Positions 7,689 through 14,623 of a stretch of 20,000 nucleotides of DNA are shown piece after piece. Below the pieces are notes generated by a model, which was given only the letters and a program-made list of their open reading frames with translations, was not told the origin of the DNA and made no database searches. The DNA lies in IMG/VR virus record IMGVR_UViG_3300017768_000003; one strand, written 5' to 3'. The stretch's first letter is position 1, and each line of letters starts with the position of its first letter. The translations under genes were made by a program, and so were the position numbers. Source of the stretch: an uncultured virus (IMG/VR IMGVR_UViG_3300017768_000003). Taxonomy: Duplodnaviria > Heunggongvirae > Uroviricota > Caudoviricetes.

Positions 7689-7957
7689 TCGTACTCCTTC
7701 AGTGTCTAAGCATGCTAGAATACACCCTGTATCCCTCTTGTGTACCACGAATAGAGAGCGCCTAACAGCCTAACTTTACTCTACGTTATTATATACACCG
7801 CAGTCAAGATATGCTCTCTAGACTTACGAAAATGCGACTACGACGCGTGTGTGCAAGGATATTACAGAATTCTACCATATCTTAGATGCTATATATAGGT
7901 ATATATCCATAGTTATCCTCCATAAAACTAGTATATGTCCAATCTTGATACATGTGA

Positions 7958-8209
7958 TTAGAGTACTCGTAGATTACGTAGTTCTTCGTGTTTGAGCCAT
8001 TGGTCGTACTGCTTGCCCTCTACCCTTACCTCTATCTTACTGTCTCTAATATAGAGTACTTTAGCGTTACGAGTCTTATAGCCATACTTAACTAGTGGAC
8101 CTCTACTACCTATACGTTCATTACCTTTACTATCTAGCATAGGAACAAATTCTTTATTATCGAACTGTATATTACTTCCTATCTTTATCTTTTTTAATTC
8201 GCTTTCCAT
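7958..8209 (-). CDS. hypothetical protein (83 aa)
   Basis: In the minus-strand run, overlapping the upstream gene; beta-rich, possibly SH3-like. Confidence 0.65.
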   Translation of the reverse strand: MESELKKIKIGSNIQFDNKEFVPMLDSKGNERIGSRGPLVKYGYKTRNAKVLYIRDSKIEVRVEGKQYDQWLKHEELRNLRVL

Positions 8210-8369
8210 TTCTTATCTCTTCTTTAACTATATTATAAGCTTCATCGAACTTATCTTTAACTTCATAATAGTGCTTGCCATTATTGTCTAAACTTTTACT
8301 TGCTTCCATTACTGCTTCATATATACCCTCTTCATAAGCTTGCATAAGAATATCTTCTACACCACTCAT
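8172..8369 (-). CDS. hypothetical protein (65 aa)
   Basis: Start moved to ATG 8369 (MSGVEDIL), giving an ATGA overlap with the SET gene stop. Confidence 0.7.
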   Translation of the reverse strand: MSGVEDILMQAYEEGIYEAVMEASKSLDNNGKHYYEVKDKFDEAYNIVKEEIRNGKRIKKDKDRK

Positions 8370-8752
8370 GATATATCCTCGGGCTTCAGTGGATATTGTC
8401 CTGTACCATCCCATAGCAATTCTTCATCTTTTTTTATATATGCTATAGCACGTGCTCTTAATATCTTGTTGTCTTTATCCAATTCCCAATCAAAATTAGG
8501 TGTATGATTCTTATCACTAATATTACAAAGTGCTGCATTACCAAGAGGTATAAAGTCTTCGTTATACTCATCACCTCTCCAAGCAAGTCTATAACTACGC
8601 ATTGTAAACGTATTCTTTGTTAGCATTTCATTGGGTATCACGCATTCCATTACGACTTCACCTACCTTTATATTACTATCCGAATATACTCCCCATCTTC
8701 TCCATTCGTATATAGGACTCTCTTCAATATATGTGTTGTTAATTAACCTCAT
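8366..8752 (-). CDS. SET-domain protein, degenerate motifs
   Basis: IEESPI..WGVYS..IKVGEVV...PLGNAALCNIS...PN...RAIAYIKKDEELLWD follows SET motif order. Confidence 0.75.
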   Translation of the reverse strand: MRLINNTYIEESPIYEWRRWGVYSDSNIKVGEVVMECVIPNEMLTKNTFTMRSYRLAWRGDEYNEDFIPLGNAALCNISDKNHTPNFDWELDKDNKILRARAIAYIKKDEELLWDGTGQYPLKPEDIS

Positions 8753-8900
8753 CGTTATCTCCTTTCTGTTCTGTTAAACGTTTTTCATGTTCCCAATTAT
8801 GGTCAAAGTCATAGTCATCTGGCATAAGAGGAGTATTCATAAACTCCCATATCAACCATAACCACATTACTACAAATACTACTGTTGCTATTACTATCAT
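8739..8900 (-). CDS. small membrane protein (~53 aa)
   Basis: N-terminal TM helix MIVIATVVFVVMWLWLIW; ATG 8900 preferred over GTG 8930. Confidence 0.7.
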   Translation of the reverse strand: MIVIATVVFVVMWLWLIWEFMNTPLMPDDYDFDHNWEHEKRLTEQKGDNDEVN

Positions 8901-8994
8901 AATACTCTCTCTTTTGTTATTTTCCAACACGTGTTTTTCTCACGCTGTTGGATGGACCACGCGCCCCCAACGGGATTTAGTCTGGGCCCCCGCT

Positions 8995-9111
8995 TTATTT
9001 TAACCATGTTGTTATTAACATTAGTACACACATTCCTATTGCTGCAATCATAAAGAATGTAATGCTATCTATATATTGTTGTTCTGTCTTGCCTTGTCTA
9101 TTATTTTTCAT
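8995..9111 (-). CDS. micro membrane protein (38 aa), not in the ORF track
   Basis: MKNNRQGKTEQQYIDSITFFMIAAIGMCVLMLITTWLK*; start overlaps the upstream gene end. Confidence 0.65.
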   Translation of the reverse strand: MKNNRQGKTEQQYIDSITFFMIAAIGMCVLMLITTWLK

Positions 9112-9598
9112 GATGTTTATATGGATTCTCTTTATTTATTCTTATTATTTTCTTTATCCGCTTTATTCTACCTCTTGCAAAGTCATCACAAGCAATCAAT
9201 AATTTTATTGGAGCAGATATTATTTTATATAGTGTACTAAACAATAAATACAAAAACGAATATTCCTTGTCATTTATTCCTATCTTCAGTTTTATTACTT
9301 GCAATGTTACAATCGATCTCAATATCAAAAAAGGTACACTAAATATAAGCAGAAAATAAAGAAAAAATCTATTAGAAATTTTAACATCTATTTCATAATC
9401 TTCTCCATACATATCATGCATTATACCTACTCTATGATTTCCATCCCAAACGTTATTTTGTTTGTCAATTAAAATATATCCAGTTGGATACTGTTCTGGA
9501 TGATATCCACATTCTAGACTTTCTATCAGCTCAGGCCTTTTTGGTCTTTCTCCATACTTTAATTCACCTATTTTTCTTTTTGTTTTTTTAATTAACAT
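9101..9598 (-). CDS. ParB/sulfiredoxin-like domain protein with hydrophobic C-terminal segments
   Basis: LIESL..GY...ILIDKQNNVWDGNHRV motif followed by FFLYFLLIFSVPFLIL. Confidence 0.7.
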   Translation of the reverse strand: MLIKKTKRKIGELKYGERPKRPELIESLECGYHPEQYPTGYILIDKQNNVWDGNHRVGIMHDMYGEDYEIDVKISNRFFLYFLLIFSVPFLILRSIVTLQVIKLKIGINDKEYSFLYLLFSTLYKIISAPIKLLIACDDFARGRIKRIKKIIRINKENPYKHHEK

Positions 9599-10496
9599 AG
9601 TCTTTTATCCATTCTTTAAGTCTATCTTTTGGTTTATAATCAAGCTTTTCAATTACACGGCTCATATCTGCTAATGTTTCATAAGGTTCTTTTACGTTAT
9701 TGTTATATATTTTCTCACCACCAAACATATCAGCTATTTCATTTACAGAATAATTTACTCCTGTACCAACATTGAACAATTCAAATGCATATTCGAGTTG
9801 ACCAAGTCCTACAAGAATGTTTATGTTAACCACATCTTGTACATGTACAAAGTCTCTTCTTTGCTCACCGTCATTATTTATTGTAAACTTTGCTCCTTGC
9901 TCTTTAAGCTCTTTGAATATAGGAAAAACCAATTTATATCCACCTTCGTCACTCATTCTATCACCATATACGTTAAAATACCTTAAAATACGAATATCAA
10001 AATCATAAAGCTGCTCGTACAATCTGCAGTATTCTTCACCATTTAATTTTGATGCTGCATAGTGAGATAATGGCTGCGTAGGTTCTTCTTCATTTGTAGG
10101 TACTTCTGCATCACCATATACAGAACTAGTTGATGAGAAAACAAACCGTTTAACACCTGCAATTTTACACGCTTCTAATAACTTTAACGTCACACCTGCA
10201 TTTACGCTGTCATATAATTCAGGTTCTAACATAGATTCTTGTACAGCTGTCTTTGCAGCCATGTGATATACAACACTTATTCCAAATGATTTTATTGAAT
10301 CAGCTAATGTTTTTACATCAATCTTTGTCAAGTCTTGTAGCCAATGATACGCAGATGGATTTATATTTTCTTTTTTACCTGTTGATAAGTCGTCTATTAT
10401 TGTAACTTGACAATCCATATCAATTAAACCATCAACAAGGTGAGAACCTATAAACCCTGCACCACCTGTAACTAGTACTTTTCTATTCATTTTCAT
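9588..10496 (-). CDS. NAD-dependent nucleotide-sugar epimerase/dehydratase (extended SDR, GalE-like)
   Basis: VLVTGGAGFIGSH, HMAA, FSSTSSVYG, YAASK, LRYFNVYG, DGEQRRDFVHV. Confidence 0.93.
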   Translation of the reverse strand: MKMNRKVLVTGGAGFIGSHLVDGLIDMDCQVTIIDDLSTGKKENINPSAYHWLQDLTKIDVKTLADSIKSFGISVVYHMAAKTAVQESMLEPELYDSVNAGVTLKLLEACKIAGVKRFVFSSTSSVYGDAEVPTNEEEPTQPLSHYAASKLNGEEYCRLYEQLYDFDIRILRYFNVYGDRMSDEGGYKLVFPIFKELKEQGAKFTINNDGEQRRDFVHVQDVVNINILVGLGQLEYAFELFNVGTGVNYSVNEIADMFGGEKIYNNNVKEPYETLADMSRVIEKLDYKPKDRLKEWIKDYVN

Positions 10497-11283
10497 TGTC
10501 TTTATATTTTAAGTAATGCTTTTGCTTGTCTTCCTCTAACTCTCGTCTCTTAATCTCTTTTAATATATCCTGATGAGTTAAATTTGTACCTCCTGTTGGT
10601 AATTTAACATCATCTGCTACATCATCTGGATTAAGTTCTACATTATCTATTTGTCTAAGATTTGTAGGATATCCATCATCATCTAATTCTATACCTTCAT
10701 ATCCTTTACCTAATTTTTTAAGCCAGTCCTTTGGCATTCTTTTATCTCTACCAAATACGTTACCAGATATTAAGTAATAACAGTTATAGCATAGTATTTC
10801 CAAGTTATCAATATCGTAATTTTCTCTATCACCATCTTTTTGTGATAACAATATTGGCATCTGTCCATCAATCACTCTAACCTCATTAAATCCACATGAT
10901 TCACACTCCATAGGTTTAAGATTTGTATTTATCAATCTTTGCTTTAGGTGGTTTAATGGATAATTTTTATGTTTATTGTGTAATATTTCATCAAGTGGTA
11001 TTTTATGCTTACCTTTTGTTTTCTTTCTAGATTTGCCTCTTGGTATATAAGTCTTAATAGTATTTGTCTCATAATCCCAAGCAGAATGCAATTCTAATAA
11101 AGTTTTACCTGTTTCACTATCAATGTAAGATTCTGCCCATTTTTTATATGTGTTGTATGATATACCTAAGAATTTTGCAGCCTGTAAATTAGAACGTGTT
11201 ACCCTCATAGCCTCTCGAATGTCTGATTCAAGTATGATATAACCTTTTTTGGTTCTTTTTACTTTAGGCCTAATTGGTTTCAT
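10483..11283 (-). CDS. HTH plus degenerate HNH/Zn-finger protein
   Basis: HTH SNLQAAKFLGISYNTYKKW; CESC...KDGDRENYDIDNLEILCYNC HNH-like scaffold. Confidence 0.75.
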   Translation of the reverse strand: MKPIRPKVKRTKKGYIILESDIREAMRVTRSNLQAAKFLGISYNTYKKWAESYIDSETGKTLLELHSAWDYETNTIKTYIPRGKSRKKTKGKHKIPLDEILHNKHKNYPLNHLKQRLINTNLKPMECESCGFNEVRVIDGQMPILLSQKDGDRENYDIDNLEILCYNCYYLISGNVFGRDKRMPKDWLKKLGKGYEGIELDDDGYPTNLRQIDNVELNPDDVADDVKLPTGGTNLTHQDILKEIKRRELEEDKQKHYLKYKDNENE

Positions 11284-11284
11284 A

Positions 11285-11395
11285 TTAGTAATACCTTCGT
11301 CTTTCTTTACTTCTGCTTAACTGTTCAAGTAATAGTAAACATACTTCCTCTGTAATTTTATCCTCATAGTACAATTTATATATCAAGCTGCTCAT
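11285..11395 (-). CDS. micro-ORF (36 aa), not in the ORF track
   Basis: MSSLIYKLYYEDKITEEVCLLLLEQLSRSKERRRYY*; fills the gap with 1-nt spacing on each side. Confidence 0.65.
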   Translation of the reverse strand: MSSLIYKLYYEDKITEEVCLLLLEQLSRSKERRRYY

Positions 11396-11396
11396 C

Positions 11397-11789
11397 TTAT
11401 CCCCAGTCCTCCATTCTATCAACAGAATAGTCTATCTCATCGAATACTTCTTCGTTCGTTTCGACTTTGCTTTTGCGTTCCTTATCGATTTTTGGCTCAT
11501 TTTTTGGCATATTACTATCATCACCTACCATATTAACAATAGATGCTCTAACCTTTTTAGGTTTTTTGTTGTATTGTCTTGTCCAGAATTCAGATGTGAA
11601 TGCATTTTGATATGCATTGTATACAGAGTCTGCAAACATTAAATCTGGCCATTCTGAATTCACAACATTCTTTCCATCTTGTTGTATTGTATAACCACCT
11701 GGCATAAGTTTTAATTCACAGCCTTTGAATTTTTTGTGCACGACTTTTTTCATTTTTTGAAATTCGTGTCTTCGTTTTTCTATATTCAT
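11397..11789 (-). CDS. hypothetical protein (130 aa)
   Basis: In the operon; no motif recognised. Confidence 0.75.
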   Translation of the reverse strand: MNIEKRRHEFQKMKKVVHKKFKGCELKLMPGGYTIQQDGKNVVNSEWPDLMFADSVYNAYQNAFTSEFWTRQYNKKPKKVRASIVNMVGDDSNMPKNEPKIDKERKSKVETNEEVFDEIDYSVDRMEDWG

Positions 11790-11793
11790 ATAA

Positions 11794-12150
11794 CTAATTT
11801 ATTTTCCTTCTGTTTTTATAATCTCCTGACTTTCTTTCGAATACCTCATTTGTATCAGGATTCCTTTCATAGATATAATTATCATGAGACCTACCAGTTT
11901 CTATTTGGTTTACATTTTCTATTTGGTCTTCAGCTAATCTGTTTCTATTATATTGGTTAACAAGCCATCTATCATGTTTTTCATCCTCAAGTTTAGCAAA
12001 TTCATCTTGAGATACAGTGACCTGTAAATATTCATCATGTCTATCGATGACGGGTCTTGTAAAATGATATGTTAATATTTTGTTTGCCAATACGTCGTTT
12101 TTATGTACCCATAATATTATTTTCATATTTCTCTCTTTATTTTGTTGCAA
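11794..12150 (-). CDS. hypothetical protein (~110-118 aa)
   Basis: Follows the VWA gene; C-terminal YIYERNPD..VFER; start may be the second Met. Confidence 0.75.
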   Translation of the reverse strand: MQQNKERNMKIILWVHKNDVLANKILTYHFTRPVIDRHDEYLQVTVSQDEFAKLEDEKHDRWLVNQYNRNRLAEDQIENVNQIETGRSHDNYIYERNPDTNEVFERKSGDYKNRRKIN

Positions 12151-14119
12151 ATCTTTTGTTTAATGATTTTGTTAGTTCGTTAAGCTTTGTTACGTTAACA
12201 TTTTCTGCATCCTGTCCATACATTTTTTTGAAGTTTTCAATACTACTTGTGTATGTACCTGATATAAAGTAGCTTAACACCTTAATACCTTTAGCTTTCA
12301 TATTATCTACCTGAGTTTTTGTATGTTGAGCTGCTGATTGACCGTAGTAATGTATATCTCTATTTTCAAAGTATGGTTCACCGTCAGAAAAGTTAATGAA
12401 ATAACTATCAATTCCATTACTTCCTTCTTCAATCAAGTGTTGAATAGCTTCAAAGCATAATCCTTCTGGCGTAACACCTGGACAGCTTATGTGTTGGAAT
12501 AATCTAGTTATTTTGCTGATTTTATCTTTTCTACTGTCATAAGCAATAAAAATAGCTGGAGTAGTTTTGTTTCCAATATCTTCTGTACTTCTGTAAGATA
12601 TAATAACATCTAAATTCTGTACCATTGATGCAGCTTTTGCAATTGCTATTGCTGATGTTTGTGATTTGTTCCATTTTTCACCTCCCATAGAACCTGAAGC
12701 ATCTATTGAAATATGAACTATAGCAGGATTAAATTGGTCAACAAATACCTGTTGAAATACCTGTTCATTGCCAAATCCTAACGATGATATCATTCGCTTG
12801 TCAATTCTACCTTGTCTTAATCTGTTATATTTTAATGAGTTGGACTCATTTCTTATTTGTAATTTTTTACCTAACATTGTACCGAGTCTAATACCATCGT
12901 TGATAACTTCTTCTTTGGTACCGTGTCCCCAATATCTTGCATTTTCATTAGTACAAAAAGTGTTATAAATACCTGTTTCTGCCAATTGCTGTGAAATGTT
13001 TTTTATAATTAAACAGTCAGTACCATTACCTTTAGTATTTCTCCAGTTTTGTGGCTGGCCAGCACCAACCAATTTGATTTCTGAACCAGATTTTTCTACA
13101 GCATTAACTTTTTTATTATCTGATTTAGATAAGTTAGATTTCTTAACCTGATTGTCATTAAATTCTTTTTGCTTGTTAATAGCTTTTTGTAGTTGTTCTC
13201 TTTGTTTATCTGAAAGTTTATCTCCACCAGATGATTTTGAACCACCAGGTTTTTTAGTACCTTGTTTTTTATCATCATCTTCTTTTTTACCACCTTTTCC
13301 ACTACCATCTCCGTCAACTTCAACAGGCTCAGGTAAATGTGATTCAACAATTGTAAAAATTTTGAATGCAATAGCTAAAGCTTCCTGTGTATCTGGTAGT
13401 CTACCAATATTTCTTAAGTCTAATAATTTCCAGATATCTTTAAGGCCAGGTAAAGCATCCATATCTCTATTGATATTTGTTAGGTTGATGATTCTAAAGA
13501 AATAAGAATCCCAATCTAAATTACGTTTTTCAGATGATTGTAAGCCTTTATCAACAACTTTAGCATTAAAGTATTTATTGTACATAGCTTGATAATAACC
13601 TTGATAACCTGGTGCAGATTGATAAATGAAATTATCTATTCTTCTATCTTCTACATAATTAAGAAGAGATTTAACATGGTTTCTAATATAATTACAAACA
13701 ATCCATGTTTTATCCTCTAAATCATCTGTATTTTTAGCGTATTTATTAGCTATCATATCAAATATATCTTGAGGAATTACATTTGGATTATCCATTAGAT
13801 TTTTAAGAACGTCAAAATCTGTAAGCTTACAATGTGAACCTTCGTGCAATGCCAATCCAACAGTAGGGTCGAAGTCTTTATCCTTTATATTACCTGAGAT
13901 AACAACCTGCTTACCATCTGTATAACTATCATCTTTAGTACTGTATTTAACAGGAACTGATTGTCCTGTAACGATACTAACAAAGTTTGAAATAGCTCTT
14001 TTGGTTGCAGCGATTTTGACGTAATCCTTACCAGGTTTTATTGTTTCGCCTGATAAAACATCGTAGTTGTAATCGTCATCCAGCCAGAAGTTAGAAGTTG
14101 TGTTTTTGTAGTTTGCCAT
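12137..14119 (-). CDS. HExxH metallopeptidase-like domain plus C-terminal VWA domain (CobT/NorD-like architecture)
   Basis: LALHEGSH and LLNYVEDRRID; G/K/D-rich linker; GRID; MIDAS motif DASGS...GVTPE...FSDGEP. Confidence 0.88.
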   Translation of the reverse strand: MANYKNTTSNFWLDDDYNYDVLSGETIKPGKDYVKIAATKRAISNFVSIVTGQSVPVKYSTKDDSYTDGKQVVISGNIKDKDFDPTVGLALHEGSHCKLTDFDVLKNLMDNPNVIPQDIFDMIANKYAKNTDDLEDKTWIVCNYIRNHVKSLLNYVEDRRIDNFIYQSAPGYQGYYQAMYNKYFNAKVVDKGLQSSEKRNLDWDSYFFRIINLTNINRDMDALPGLKDIWKLLDLRNIGRLPDTQEALAIAFKIFTIVESHLPEPVEVDGDGSGKGGKKEDDDKKQGTKKPGGSKSSGGDKLSDKQREQLQKAINKQKEFNDNQVKKSNLSKSDNKKVNAVEKSGSEIKLVGAGQPQNWRNTKGNGTDCLIIKNISQQLAETGIYNTFCTNENARYWGHGTKEEVINDGIRLGTMLGKKLQIRNESNSLKYNRLRQGRIDKRMISSLGFGNEQVFQQVFVDQFNPAIVHISIDASGSMGGEKWNKSQTSAIAIAKAASMVQNLDVIISYRSTEDIGNKTTPAIFIAYDSRKDKISKITRLFQHISCPGVTPEGLCFEAIQHLIEEGSNGIDSYFINFSDGEPYFENRDIHYYGQSAAQHTKTQVDNMKAKGIKVLSYFISGTYTSSIENFKKMYGQDAENVNVTKLNELTKSLNKRFATK

Positions 14120-14153
14120 GTTTGTTCTATTTTAATTTATTTCCTTTATAATA

Positions 14154-14220
14154 TAAAGGTACGCAAAATTTATGACATATGAAAGGATTTTGCATCAAAG
14201 TTATTAACAACTTATTAACA
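14154..14220 (-). promoter_or_regulatory. phage promoter P6 with tandem TTATTAACA boxes
   Basis: TATGTC-N12-TACCTTTA; boxes at 14201-14209 and 14212-14220. Confidence 0.75.
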
Positions 14221-14266
14221 ATTTCCTTTATGTTCAGTTTAACCATTTTTTATCCTTTATATACTA

Positions 14267-14304
14267 TAAAGGTACGCAATTTTTGCGACATATGAAAGGA
14301 TTTT
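14267..14304 (-). promoter_or_regulatory. phage promoter P7 (near-duplicate of P6)
   Basis: TATGTC-N12-TACCTTTA; shares TATAAAGGTACGCAA and GACATATGAAAGGATTTT with P6. Confidence 0.72.
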
Positions 14305-14332
14305 AGCAATTATTTTTGTAAAATATGCTAAT

Positions 14333-14395
14333 TTATACTGATTCTAAATAAGAATAGTACCATTCACCTTCAAAGGTTGTTGTAGTATACCACAT
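14333..14395 (-). CDS. putative 20-aa micro-ORF
   Basis: MWYTTTTFEGEWYYSYLESV*; TGATG overlap with the upstream stop. Confidence 0.45.
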   Translation of the reverse strand: MWYTTTTFEGEWYYSYLESV

Positions 14396-14583
14396 CATAT
14401 ATTCCTCACTTTTTTTCTTTGTAGTGCACATCTTTCCATAAGTGTTTTGGTTAACTTGCTACATCCTCTGTATCCACCAAATAATATTCTAAAATTGTGT
14501 ATGTAATTATATGCACCTACTATTTGCGAGCTATTTTTACAGCTCATTATAACTTCTATTGCTTTTATGTATGCTTTTTTCAT
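14395..14583 (-). CDS. hypothetical protein (62 aa)
   Basis: Start moved to ATG 14583 (MKKAYIKA); the track extension runs through P8. Confidence 0.65.
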   Translation of the reverse strand: MKKAYIKAIEVIMSCKNSSQIVGAYNYIHNFRILFGGYRGCSKLTKTLMERCALQRKKVRNI

Positions 14584-14587
14584 AATA

Positions 14588-14620
14588 CTAATATAACAAA
14601 TTTTTTCGACATATAAAAAT
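14588..14620 (-). promoter_or_regulatory. phage promoter P8
   Basis: TATGTC-N12-TATATTAG, ending 4 nt before ATG. Confidence 0.65.
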
Positions 14621-14623
14621 ATT

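Noticed and set aside
7843..7953. Tiny ORFs in the 7690-7957 gap (MYQDWTYTSF..., MDIYLYIASKIW with GGAGG)
   Set aside because: Too short; other genes here do not use SD motifs; no independent support.
9012..9020. Extra TTATTAACA
   Set aside because: It lies inside the 38-aa ORF, lacks the full AAAG flank and has no nearby promoter motif; probably chance.
9588..10496. Bacterial chromosomal polysaccharide locus
   Set aside because: No accompanying LPS or capsule genes; the surrounding content is phage-like.
13096..13371. Alternative-frame minus-strand ORF inside the VWA gene
   Set aside because: It coincides with the low-complexity linker and is most likely a frame artefact.
14127..14246. 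39-aa ORF (MVKLNIKEIV...) between P7 and the VWA gene
   Set aside because: It runs through the boxes and P6, so the sequence is explained by regulatory motifs; a gene remnant cannot be excluded.
1653..14620. Dispersed repeats as a CRISPR array or mobile-element ends
   Set aside because: Copies are kilobases apart, degenerate and placed before gene starts; there is no repeat-spacer periodicity, cas gene or transposase.
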